A stretch of DNA of 64,000 bases from the NCBI RefSeq assembly GCF_009914755.1, contig NC_060942.1; one strand, 5' to 3'. The translations under genes were made by a program, and so were the position numbers. Positions within the stretch are counted from its first letter, which is position 1, and each line of letters begins with the position of its first letter. The notes beneath the pieces were generated by a model. The model saw nothing but the letters and a program-made list of their open reading frames with translations. It was not told where the DNA came from and did no database searches. This document shows positions 27,995-40,230 of this stretch, in pieces. This DNA is from the human T2T-CHM13v2.0 reference genome, Homo sapiens.

Positions 27995-28250
27995 TCAGTA
28001 TTAGTTAAGGTTGTGTCAGTCAAGCTGCTGCAGAAAACTCCAAAATATATAAAAGGCCAACCCCAGCAGACACTTACTTCTTGCTTGTTTGAAGTCCAAA
28101 CTGAGTGTTCGTAACTAGCAGGCACCTCTTTTCCAGATCATGATGCACAGGAACCCAGTTTTCTTCGAAATGGTGGCTCTACCATGTTTTACACGAAGCT
28201 TATAAGGTTACTTGGAGAACAATCCCCTTTCTAGCCAATTTGAAGGGGGC
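27995..28250 (-). mobile_element. Old MLT1 (MaLR) LTR fragment
   Basis: Degenerate motifs (gctgctgcagaaaactccaaaat, cacttacttcttgct, caggaacccag...tggctctaccat). Confidence 0.4.
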
Positions 28251-29025
28251 AAATGTGGCTTTGTCTTCTTTCCATCTGACTAAAGATTGGATTTTATTCT
28301 TTGACACTGCATAGTCTATCACCAAAAGCACACTAAATGTAGAGTTCATTCAGTTCAGCTAGCTGGGAAACAGGATAAGCTCACTGCAATTTCTCCCTTA
28401 GCTAAGGGCTTTACATCACCACAGGTTTCAGAGCCTCCACCTGGCAAACTGAAATTGCTCCTGCTCTTGTGTGGACCCAGGATAAGGTGATGGGTCAGAT
28501 AACCGCCTCTTTATCCCCATACAATCTACATGCTGACACCAAAACCTTGTCTAAGCATAAGCAAAAACAGGGGAAGATTCAGTAAATGTCATTCCGCTGC
28601 CACTGGGCACCACTTGATGTTTGTGGAGACTGACATGGAGAAAAGCTCCGGAGAAATCCCCCTTTGGCAGTGCAGCAGAAATTTCACATTCGCCCTAAAA
28701 TCACTTGCTGAGCTATTTGCACTCTGCCACAAAAGTTTCCATCAGCAGGAAGGACAGCTGGGAGTTTGGGTATTACAATGCCACTTTGGCCTGTGTTTGC
28801 TAAGAATCACTGACTGGGAGATTCTCCAGTTTTCCTGGTAGTTCCTGTACGGATCTTAAGGAGGTACCTCATTTGAGAAAGAAAAAAGTGAATCCATAAG
28901 GTAATAGCTTAGATGCCAAAGTTATGGACAAACAATGAAAATATTTAGATAATTTGGGTGCAGAAATGATGCTTCCAGAGCACAGTCTGATAGGCATCCA
29001 GACACTGGAAGGGTAACTACAGTAG

Positions 29026-30484
29026 TGTGTCCGGAATTGGTGGGTTCTTGGTCTCACTGACTTCAAGAATGAAGCCGCAGACCCTCGCGGTGAGTGTTAC
29101 AGTTCTTAAAGGCGGCGTGTCCGGAGTTTGTTCCTTCTGATGTTCGGATGTGTTCGGCCTTCTGGTGGGTTCGTGGTCTCACTGGCTCAGGAGTGAAGCT
29201 GCAGACCTTCGCGGTGAGTGTTACAGCTCTTAAGGCGGCACGTCTGGAGTTGTTCGTTCCTCCAGGTGGGTTCGTGGTCTCGCTGGCTTCAGGAGTGAAG
29301 CTGCAAACCTTCGCTGTGAGTGTTAAAGCTTTTAAGGTGGCGCATCCTCCCGGTAGGTTCATAGTCTCGCTGGCTTCAGGAGTGACGCTGCAGACCTTCA
29401 CGGTGAGTGTTACACCTCATAAAGGCAGTGTGTACCCAAAGAGTGAGCAGTAGCAAGATTTACTGTAAAGCGCGAAAGAACAAAGCTTCCACAGTGTGGA
29501 ACCGGGACCCAGGTTGCCACTGGTGGCTTGGGCAGCCTGCTTTTAGTCTCTTATCTGGCCCCACCCACATCCTGCTGATTGGTCCATTTTACAGAGAGCT
29601 GATTGGTCTGTTTTACAGAGAGCTGATTGGTCTGTTTTGACAGGGTGCTGATTGGTGCGTTTACAATCCCTGAGTTAGACACAAAAGTTCTCCATGTCCC
29701 CACTAGATTAGGTAGTTACAGAGTGTGGATTGGTGTATTTACAAACCCTGAGCTAGACGCAGAGTGCTGATTGGTGTATTTACAAACCTTGAGCTAGATA
29801 CACAGAGTGCCGATTGGTGCATTAACAATCCCTTAGCTAGACATAAAAGATTCTCCAAGTCCCCACTAGACTCAGGAGCCCAGCTGGCTTCACCCAGTGG
29901 ATCTGGCACCAGGGCTGCAGGTGGAGCTGCCTGCCAGTTCCGCGCATTGCACCCCGCACTCCTCAGCCCTTGGGCAGTGGATGGGACCGGGCGCCCTGGA
30001 GCAGGGGGCGGTGCTCGTGGGGGAGACAGTTGGGGAGACTCAGGCATGGCGGGCTGCAGGTCCCGAGCCCTGCCCTGCGGGGAGGCAGCTGAGGCCTGGG
30101 GAGAAATCGAGCACAGCGCTGGTGGGCCAGCTGCTGGGGGACCCCGCGCACCCTCCGCAGCTGCTGGCCCAGGTGCTAAGCCCTTCACTGCCTGGGGCCA
30201 GCAGGGCCCACCCGGCCGCTCGGAATGCGGGGCCCGCCAAGCCTCGCCCACCCGGAACTCCAGCTGGCTGGCAAGCGCCGGGCGCAGCCCCGGCTCCCAC
30301 CAGTGCCTCTTCCTCCACAACTCCCCACAAGCTGAGGGAGCCTGCTGCGGCCTTGGCCAGCCCAGAAAGGGGCTCCCACAGTGCAGTGGTGGGCTGAAGG
30401 GCTCTTCAAGCACGGCCAGCGTGGGTGCCGAGGCCGAGGAGGCACCCAGAGCGGGCGAGGGCTGCCACACGCTGTCACCTCTCA
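29026..30484 (-). mobile_element. LTR12 (ERV9) solo LTR, LTR12C-like, full length
   Basis: Minus-strand termini TGAGAGGTGACAGCGTG...CCAATTCCGGACACA. 4-bp TSD GTAG at 29022-29025 and 30485-30488. CpG-rich U3, CCAAT repeat array and four U5 repeats (gcagaccttcgcggtgagtgttaca). Confidence 0.97.
29540..29820 (-). promoter_or_regulatory. ERV9 LTR promoter/enhancer: NF-Y (CCAAT) array plus GATA site
   Basis: Seven ATTGG (minus-strand CCAAT) at about 29578, 29602, 29626, 29651, 29729, 29770 and 29813. TTATCT (AGATAA) at 29551-29556. Confidence 0.75.
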
Positions 30485-31758
30485 GTAGTATGTGTGGCCT
30501 TGACAATCTCTGTCACTCTCTGCCAATTGGAGCTTAATTGTAACTGCTCAAGCAGTCCCCTGCCTGATGCGGGCAAGTCTCAAGAAATCAGCCACTGAAG
30601 CTTGCTGCCCAGGAATGGCATGAAATTCTACAAAGCCCTGCTCACTTTGTGGTCTCTGTTTCTGTGGTTTACTAAGCCTCTTCTTCCTCCGATTATTTAT
30701 GTTAATCTTGCATTCCAAGTCTTTCCTTGTGCCTTGAAGCTCTTCCCCTAGCCCTGTCCCGTTGATCCCTCTGACTCCTCCATTCCTTCATACCCCAGAA
30801 CTACATGGTCATATGGCACTCATTTCCCAGTCCTATCTTATGATCTTGTTCTTTATACAAAATCCAAACAACCTTCCTACAGCCTGAATACAGTTATCAT
30901 GACCAACTTTTATTACCCTGTATTTCATAATTTAAATATTTTCTTGTCTTGTCTCTCTTCTTCCACTTCAAAACATACCCATCTTCTTTACCTTTCCCTA
31001 ATTTCTAAACTCTACCCTCACTCAGGAGGTAGTTAAATAACCTGTCAATTAAATTCTGAAACATGTTCAGTTTGGTTACAGATAAACGTGCCCTATTCCC
31101 TAAGGAATAAGTCTGCATAAAATATAGATGTTCTGAACAGTGCTTTGACAAAGCAGGTGACTGTAGTGGTAGGGACATCTGGCACTATGGTAGGGTTGTA
31201 GGGGAGATGTTTAGGGAAAGATAAGATTTTTTGTGGTCTGTAAATAACACAATAAAATGCCTCTCTGCTTACCCGTAGAACCACCACAGACTCATACTTT
31301 TTCTAAAAATGCCATAAGAAATCTCGTCAGACAATTACCACTGATATATGTATAGATTGTTTAAAATAAACTGACATCATATTTAACTGTATTTTTTATT
31401 CAATGCATTAATATAAGTACAAAAGGCTAGAGTTGCAATAGTTAATTTACCCTTTGGATTATTAAGAAATGTATATATACGTCTATCTATCATGTTCTCA
31501 ATTTATTTGACCTCTTGGATAATCGGGAGATTAAAATAGTAGTATATGGAATAAGATTATGTAATGGAGAAAACATCTGAGTGTAGAGATGAAAATAGCA
31601 ACAATTGTCTCTGCATAAATAAGCAATTGAAGAGTAAGAGTGACAGCTCTATAGGAATTGGTAGAGGATCAATACAAGTCAATAGAAAAACTCAAGACAA
31701 GGACAGGTAGTAAAGAATGTAAGAACACAAAGGCTTAATAAATGCTAGCTAACAACAG

Positions 31759-32651
31759 TGAGATTCATTGATCACAGTATAGCCAGATGGCTCACGGGGG
31801 TTTCAGAAGCCAGTGAGACTCTAGCCCAAGCTGGTGTCCAGGTTCTTGACACCATCACAAGAAAGAATTCAGGGACAAATCGGAATGAGGCAAAAGACAA
31901 GAAGATTTTCTTGCGAAGTGAAGGCACCCACTTGAGAGAGAAGTGTGGGTGTGTTCCAGAAAGTGAGTATCATCCAAGGGAGTTTGAGTTTCTGATTTTA
32001 TGGGCTCTTCTAATTAGGAGGTGGAGTAATCATAAAGTTTTCTAGGAAAAAGGTGGAGATTTCTTATAATTGAGGTGCCACCCATTTTTATAACAAGTAT
32101 GGGTATGCTTGGCTCTATCATGGGGCTGGTGGGTGTATGTATGGTAATGAGTGTAAAATTAGGTCTGGGCTAAGGCCTGGGTCAAATCCAGCTCCCTGTG
32201 GGACCCGGTGGTCTCAACCAGCTCAGCCCTCATCCTGTTTGTTAGGATCTTACCAGCCCAGCCTCCTCTTTGTCCTTGTAGATAATTTTTAACAGCTCCT
32301 TTCTTAATGTTATATGAAACAACTGCTTGGCATTTTCCCATTTTTCCTATGACCACCCAGCATCCCTATTTTATGGGTGTATCTTTAATTAAGGGGTGGA
32401 ATAATCATTAGGTTTTCTGGAAAAGGAGGGGATTTCAAGGATCCTCCTTCCTCCATTACTGCCCTCTTTCTCCTTCATTTGGGTTTGCTTGGAAGAGTCA
32501 TGGACATGTCACCTTGACTAGGGTTTTGGCCATACTCTCTCTCTTATTTTGGGTTTTCTGTTACCCTGTGGTTTCTTTGACTAGTTCTTGTTTTAGCTGT
32601 TGTTTGGGTTTTTCCACCCTCCTGTGACTACGCAGTGCTATTCCTATCTCA
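31759..32651 (-). mobile_element. ERV1 LTR, MER66-like, composite
   Basis: TG...CA termini (minus start tgagataggaatagcactg). 4-bp TSD ACAG at 31755-31758 and 32652-32655. Confidence 0.8.
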
Positions 32652-33229
32652 ACAGCAATGTAGGCCCATTTGCAGTAAACTCAATCATCAGAACGCCTTC
32701 ACAATGGCATACAATGAAGATTGATATACATAATAATGACTATAAATCACTGAGAATTTCAAATGCCTCTGAATCACTAAAAATTTGATTGTGCTCAGTA
32801 TCATTTTAGGAATAAATGTATTTATTTCTGAATAAAGAGACTTAAATTTTTTTTTTTTTTTGCAAGCAGCTATTTCACTAAGGATCATACAATTTCAGAG
32901 CTAGAAATGCCCTGTTGCAGTACAAAGTTGAGTTGTTAATTCAGTATAAAACATCAGACCAAATGGTTGTTGGGAAGATTGGAAAATGGGGGAAAATTTA
33001 AAGCCTAGGCTACATAGCAGGGGTGAAGGGAGAGGTGGGGTTCCAGGGAGGCATGGTTGGTTGGCATGGGATCCAAGAATAACAAACATGATTTGACAAA
33101 TTCCTAACAGGATAAATTCATACAGCTGAACCCATGTGGTCTATGTGGACAAAAATCCATGGACAAACCACCAAAGCATGGGAAAAAATAGTGGCCAGTA
33201 GTCCGATAGGATATTCAGTGGGATTGCTT

Positions 33230-33355
33230 AGAATCTGCAAGGGATCTTAGTAGTCTGTCTTCTACGTTACCCCATTTTGCCAATGAGGGAAACTAAGGTT
33301 TAAGTAAAGTGAATTGTCCAAGGTCACACAGTTAGAAGTAGCAGATTTCAGCCTT
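33230..33355 (-). mobile_element. MIR SINE
   Basis: cccattttgccaatgagggaaactaagg...tgtccaaggtcacacagttag. Confidence 0.7.
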
Positions 33356-36300
33356 ATATTTAAGTTTTATAGCTTCTGTGCAACATTTCCTCCAGTCTAA
33401 AAAGCAGCCTCTAGGCAAACATGCCTCCAGGCTCAAAGCATCCAGTATATCACTTAGTTCTTTTCTTCTCTGGACATAAAAGTCAACCAGTGGCCAGAGG
33501 AGGAACCCAGAGTCAATCTCTGCTGTTTTCTTTTTTGAAAATTCATCATACGACACACAGTGTCTCAGACTAGATGACCTAACATTCTTGGATCCTCCTT
33601 CTGAAATAAAAGGAGAAAGTATTCCTCATGGGACTGTAAATTACATCAACTCACTACCTGCTGTCCTTTCACTGTTCACACAGGTAGAGCTGGGTCCTTT
33701 AGCCCTAAATCAGTTTGAAAAACAAACAGGTAGAGCTTTAGTGTCTACTTTTGCCTAATAATGGGGTAGAAGATAGATAAGACCACCTTGACCTCAAGGA
33801 GCTTACAGCTTACAGATTATTTGCCATTTAGATGAATCCAAACAAGAGAATTGTTCTAAATCACTTTAACAAATAATCGACCTTTGTCATTGTTGCTTTT
33901 TAAAAATCACACCATAAAACAATTGAAAGTGATTTGCTGTAGCAGAAGGCATGTGGTGATGGTACAGTCTTCCTGCCGTGAATGTATTATTTTTCTATTT
34001 TCAGATAAATCTTGATGCTATCAATACAACATAACTTTAATTGATTTGCTTGATATATTTTTACTAAATAAAAGCTTTCCAATATAAGTACATTTATTAT
34101 GCATTAATTTTACTATACTTTATGTTCCATATTACATAGCATAGATAATGCACTAAAACAAAATTTTTGGAGCTCTTGGCTTTTTTGACATTATGAGCAA
34201 ATGATCATCTGGCTTAAAATGGTAAGCACAAAAAATATAGTTGAGTTGGACTCTCCTTGGACATAACTCTCCACACCTGGCCCCAAGGTCATGCTCTTCC
34301 CCTGGGAAAGTATCTGGCTGCCCAGTTATCTTTTCCTCCCTTAGCCAGCCACCACCACCTGAGCTTTCTCCTTGTGTTCTATGGTATTATTTTTTTTCTT
34401 TTAATTATCAGGTCCATAATTATAAATACAGTGATTGAAAACAACTGGCTTTTCACTTGTGTTTTCTTTCCTAAGTGATAACTAAGAATTTTCTGTGCCA
34501 TTTTACTCTGTTCTTCAACAGTGATCATGTGTTAGAAAGTGATGTATGCTTCTTCAATGTTCCTTAGCCAGAAATCATTCAAGAGATTTATTTTTAAAAT
34601 TATATGTTAAACGTTTTAAATAAATAGTCCATTCACAAGTATAAATCAATAAGAATAGCATGGCCCTGAGCTAAGACTCTCATCCCTTCTGGCTGTCCAT
34701 ATCCATATGCTTCCTCCCACCTTTCTCAGAGGTTGCTACTGTTCATCCATATATTTTAATCGGCAGTGGCACTTTGCACTCTGTGAGAAGATACAACTAT
34801 ACATCCGCATTCCTTCTTCTTTAGGACAGTTTTATCATATAAAGTGCACTGTTCCACTTATTGCTTTTCTTTCCTTTTTTGGGCTTAATGCTTTCAAGCA
34901 CTTCCATATTAGTGTATACGGTATTCTCATTGATTTTTCAAAAGTACATATTGATGGGTTGTTTCTCAAATACACGTTTCTCAAATGTAGATTCACAAGT
35001 ACGGGTGTTTTGTGCAGGGGAATTGAGATACCTAAACACTATTCCATGTCTGTTCATAACTGAATCAAGGCAAAATAAGCTCTAGTACTTCACTCTGTAA
35101 AAAACAGTTCACCTGTTGTTAAATACACATTATTTCGCAGTTGTTAAATACACATTATTCACTGTTCAAGGTTTAGAAGAACTTATAAGAACATATATAC
35201 TTTACATCATAGACTGATGTCTGTGAAGCCAGTTTAGGTATGCAAAATGTCAATAATTAATTCTTCACTGATCCATCCATGATGGGGAGCCCTAATTTTC
35301 TCACTAAGGCAGCTAGAATAATTGGATAGTCCTGTCATTCCACTGTTCCTTCTGAGGTGTGCACAGAATTAGTAATGTAATTATCCTATAATGAAGTCAT
35401 AAACTCATAGAGAGTTGACACTTGTTGATAGCTTTGTAGTATATCAGAAATTGTAATGACCTTTTTTACAAGGATTATCTTAAAGTCTTAAAATGTCATA
35501 AAATTATTATCATTCTGATATAATGGCCAAGAAAAATGAGGCAAAAAGAACATAGCAATTAACCATAGCCCATAATATTATATGATCCAACCAATATTTG
35601 AACTCCTGTCATCTGAAAACAGAGCCTTAGATCTTAGTCCCTATACTCTGCTAATGAGATGTCTCTGCTAACTCACCCAGGAGTCTCATCTAACAGTTTC
35701 CAAGCCAGGTGGAACAAAGCTAACATTCTGGCTCCACTATTTACTGGTTATATCTTCTTGGGAAAGGCTCTGAACCTCCCTCTGAGCAACAAAGGATAAA
35801 CAAAACTTAGGGCCACTCAGTTGAACATTGCATCCATTTTGTGTGGTGTTCCCCTTGGTGTTATGCAATGTTACATTGTTGTAAGGGTCGAATGAGAATA
35901 CTTATAAAATTAGATATATCCCCTGCACAAATAAATGCCCAACAACTGAGAACTTGAAAAATAACAGAAAAATAACTGATGATAGAAGTGGCATCAGTCA
36001 GAGTTCATTTCCTAAAGACACTCTAACTCAACCAGAATTTGTGGATATAAACAAAACTCAATGTCCTTGAAATGCTTAGTAACAGCATCAACTTTTTGAG
36101 ATATTGGGGAAACTCAGAAAAGTCAGAGGCTAGTGTGGTCTCCAAAGAGCTAATTTGGTTGCAAGATATCACATATAAGCACCTCTCTATTGACTCATAG
36201 TAAGCATGATACACCCTGAAAAGAAAAAAAAAAAAAAACCCTACAAAGCAGCTGAAATATCTCTACTCCAAATTTGACTTAATTTATTTTATTACTGGAG

Positions 36301-36439
36301 AAGCAGCAGAAGCTGAAGTTTTCTCAGCTGCTGAAAGTCCAAATTCATTCCCTATCTCTTCTCTGGAGGACTTAATATTACCTAGGGAGAAAGTCCTTTT
36401 AACAAAGCCCTTTGGGCTTTTGAAAAAGATTTAAGCCAT

Positions 36440-37110
36440 TTTTAAAAGTTTTATCGAGATATAATTTACATACTATACAATCCACTTTAAACTGTATACA
36501 GTATATATATAGCCATCACCACAATCAACTTTGGAACATTTTGTCACCTCCCCCCAAAAAACTCTGTCCCCATTAGTAGTAACTCTTTCATCCCCCATCT
36601 CCCCCAATCTCTGGCAGCCACTAATGTATATTCTGTCCCTACAGTGTTGCCTACCCTGCACATTTCATATAAATGGAATCATATCATATATGGTCCTTTG
36701 TGATCAGTATCTTTCACCTAGTGTAATGTTTATAAGGTTCACTGTAGCATCTATCACTACTTCATTTTTATATTGCCAAACAATATGACATTGCCTGGAT
36801 ACATCAATTTGTGTTTATCAATATTTCTCAGCTTTTTTTTTTACCCATTTGTCAACATATAGATTGCTTCTGTTTTTTAGTGAATACAAGTAATGCTCCT
36901 ATAAACATTTGTGTATATGTTTTTGTGTGATCATGTTTTCATCTCTCTTAGGCACATACATAGGAGGGAAATTGCTGGGTCATATGATAACTATGCTTAA
37001 TCTTTTGAGAAACTGCCAAATTGTTTTCCAAAGTGACTGCACATTTTACATCCCTACCATTTGATCCACTTTGAAAGCCTAATATTACATGTTCACTTTT
37101 TAAAAAATTA
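36440..37110 (-). mobile_element. L1MB/MC 3' end
   Basis: ttttatcgagatataatttacatac...catcaccacaatcaa...ctggcagccactaat...ggaaattgctgggtcatatgataac...aactgccaaattgttttccaaagtg. Confidence 0.85.
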
Positions 37111-37929
37111 ATGGCTTTGCTTTGACCTGCCATTTTACATCTGTTAGAGTGACTGGTTAAGAAGCCAGGCTAAGTGATAAGACTATTAAAGCAAAATATT
37201 ATCATACATTAAATCATTAAATTGCTTTAACATATTCTGTCACTTTCTTTTCTGTTGACAATTCAGTCACACTTGTCATCTAATCCTTCAGGTATAATTC
37301 ATTTCTTCCTCTGAATTTTATCCAACAGTGATCCTGGTGTAAGAAAACAATTCACAGTGCTCTGCATTAGCTATCCCAGTGCTAGTGACTTTAGTCTTTG
37401 TTTCAGTCTGTTTAACCGCTTTCCTGCTGCTTTTACAAATGTAACCTCTAGATTCACAGTTATGGTTTGACAAAAAAGGAATAGACGGTGCCAAACAACA
37501 AAATGGAACAAAAAATAAATGTATGTGAAATCATGTTCCGCTATGCTATCCATCATCCAAGAAAATAAAAAGTAAACAAAAGTAAAACCTAATCATAAGT
37601 ATAGTTGCATGCATGTTCCTTGTATATAATTTGTAAATGAATAAAATCATACCTTCTAAAGGTTAAGATGTCTCGTATTGATGTGCCAATAGTCATACTA
37701 CATATTTTCAACATGGATTACAATTTAAATACATAGTTAAAATCGAAACACATTTCCTGCCTACGATACATATTGGAAATCTACTTACTTGTAATATCCT
37801 TTTTTTTCAATTTCAGGGAATTTTTAATACCATCTTCAGAACCTACACAATGCATTCAAAGCTATTTCACAAATATTTATTGGGTGACAACCATCTGCAA
37901 GGCATTGTGCTCAGCATCCTTTTGAAAGG

Positions 37930-38320
37930 ATTTTTGAAAGCTATTATTCTTTTGAATGTGCTCATTTGAGGCAAATATTTTTCTCCATGGATGGTGGGTT
38001 TTACTGAAGAAAATGGTCAAAAGTTATTCAAAGTCAGTTCTGATGAATGACATGGGTATGATCCATCGAGCAAGATGACATCCTTAATGGTCAAAATTAT
38101 GGGTGACTATAAATTTACGAGGCCGATTTTCTTGTGTGGTTCATTAACTAGATTTGAAGAAAATTCCACAAGAGGAGTTCCAGTACATTTTGAGTGATGG
38201 AAGTTATGGTGAGGTGTGTGGTGCAAAAGTAACCATTTTGATGGATGGCACTCTTGCATATATCAGTCCTGGCATGTTTTTAAAACACACTCAATGCTTA
38301 TGGTCACACATTATATATAG
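37930..38320 (+). mobile_element. MARNA-like (TcMar-mariner) fossil
   Basis: gaagaaaattccacaagaggagttccagtacattttgag...ccattttgatggatggcactc resembles the mariner 3' end of MARNA. Confidence 0.55.
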
Positions 38321-38652
38321 TGCCTAAAAAATACTGGACACTAAAAATGTCCACCCATATTCATAGGCAGGATAATGTAATTTTCTAGTGACTGTGCTTT
38401 CACCCCTGACAAAGATAGAAAACAACTAATGGCACATGTGACTTGTCCTTTTCAAAGGAGCTGGAGCTTGAGTGTTATCTATTCCAACAAAGGAATTGAG
38501 CTACAGGAAAACATCCCAACTTACTAATGCCTTGACAATGCTTGGCTTATAGAAACTTCTCTAGGTAGCATTACTTGTAGAAGTAGTCACAGAACGATCC
38601 TGGCTCTTATCGTTTGTTTAAAGATCAAAGCTAGTTTAATAGAGCTTTAAAG

Positions 38653-38998
38653 TAGTGATCCCCAACCTTTTTGGCACCAGGGACCAGTTTTGTGAAAGAT
38701 GATTTTCCATGGACCAGGGGGTGTGTGGTGGGGTGGTTTTGGGATAAAACTGTTCCACCTCAGATCATTAAACGTTAGTTAGAATCTCTTAAGGAGCATG
38801 CAACCTAGATCCCTCACATGCTCAGTTCACAACAGGGCTCATCCTCCTCTGAGGAGCTAATGCTGCTGCTGATCTGTCAGGAGGTGGAGCTCAGGTGGTA
38901 ATGCTCACTCACCCTCACTCACCTAGTGCTGTGCCACCCAGTTCCTAACAAGCCACAGACTGGTACTGGTCTGCAGGCCTGGGGGTTGGGGACCCCCA
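38653..38998 (-). mobile_element. MER1B hAT-Charlie MITE
   Basis: Terminal inverted repeats (TIRs) tagtgatccccaacc / ggttggggaccccca. Perfect 8-bp TSD CTTTAAAG at 38645-38652 and 38999-39006. Confidence 0.93.
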
Positions 38999-39133
38999 CT
39001 TTAAAGGATTAAATCATAGTCAAGTGTTATTTGTTGACTACTTACTGGATTCTAAATCTTCCCCAAATTCTTTGAACTATACTCAATCTAAAAGCTTCTC
39101 TTTTACAACCTAAGCCAAGAATTGTAGATAAGA

Positions 39134-39590
39134 TGTATTAGTTTCCTAGGGCTGCAGTAACAAATTGCCTTAAACTAAGTATCCTAAAATAATAGTAGTT
39201 TATTGTCTTAGATTTCTGGAGTTCCAATGTCTGAAATCAAAGTTTCAGCTAGCTTGGGTCCTTCTGGAGGCTGAAGAAGAATATGTTCTATGACTCCCCT
39301 CTAGCTTACGGCAGTTGCTGGCCATCTTTGGCATTCCCTTTCTCAGATGCATCATTTCAATGTCTGCTTTCATCCTCAGATGGCTTTCTCCCCTCTATGG
39401 GTTTTTCTGTGTCTAAATTTTCTTCTTCTTATAAAGACACAAGTCATTAGAATAGGGTTCACCCTAATCGAGTATGACCTCATTCTAACTTGATTCTATC
39501 TTCAAAGACCCTATTTCCAGATAAGGGCATATTCAGAGGTTCCAGGTGGCTTTGTGCTTTGGAAAGAAAGATACTATTCAACCCAGTACA
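39134..39590 (-). mobile_element. MLT1 (B/C-like) MaLR solo LTR
   Basis: tgtattagtttcctagggctgcagtaacaaat...tctgaaatcaa...cttataaagacac...ctattcaacccagtaca. Confidence 0.85.
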
Positions 39591-39594
39591 ATAG

Positions 39595-40230
39595 GTGTAC
39601 TAGAAAATTGAATATATAAGTATACAGCTCATTTGTGTAACCAATACCCTAATCAAAAATCAGAACATCACTAGTCCTCTAGAAGCCCACCTCACACCCT
39701 CCTCTAGTAACTAAATGTCCAAAGATAGCTATTGTTCTGATCACCAACAGCAAAGACCGCTGTTGCCTGTTTTTAAAGTTTATGTAATTGAAAGCATACA
39801 TTATGTACTCTTTTGTGCCTGGCTTCTTTCACTGAACATTTTTTTGTATGAAATTTATCCATATTTTTGCATCTAGTCATAGATTATTGATATCCAATGC
39901 TATATAGTATTTATTATATTACTATACCACAATGTATCTATCCGTGTTACTATAGATAGATACTTGGTAATTTCCAGTTTGGGGTTACTACAGAGTGCTC
40001 CTATAAACATTATAGTAAATTTCTTTTGATGATCATATGTATACGTTTCTATTGTGTGTGTAATTAGATTGAGTGGAACCTTGGGGTGGAATTGCTGGTC
40101 ATAGGATATGTTTATGTTCAGCATTAGCAAACTGGGTCAAATAGTTATTCTAAATGATTGTACTTATTTACACTGCAGTGTTTGAGAGCAGGGGTTGTTC
40201 CACATCTTTCCAACAACTTGATACTTTTCA
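39595..40230 (-). mobile_element. L1MC/ME 3' fragment
   Basis: cagaacatcactag...ttttgtgcctggcttctttcactgaacat...ggaattgctggtcatagg. Confidence 0.8.

Noticed and set aside
29063-29453. Regularly spaced repeats resembling a CRISPR array or repeat protein
   Set aside because: These are the standard LTR12 U5 tandem repeats; the spacers are homologous to one another and the DNA is eukaryotic.
29739-30537. Longest ORFs (255, 257 and 166 aa)
   Set aside because: Overlapping Pro/Ala/Gly-rich frames on both strands, arising from the stop-poor GC-rich LTR12 U3 region; not genes.
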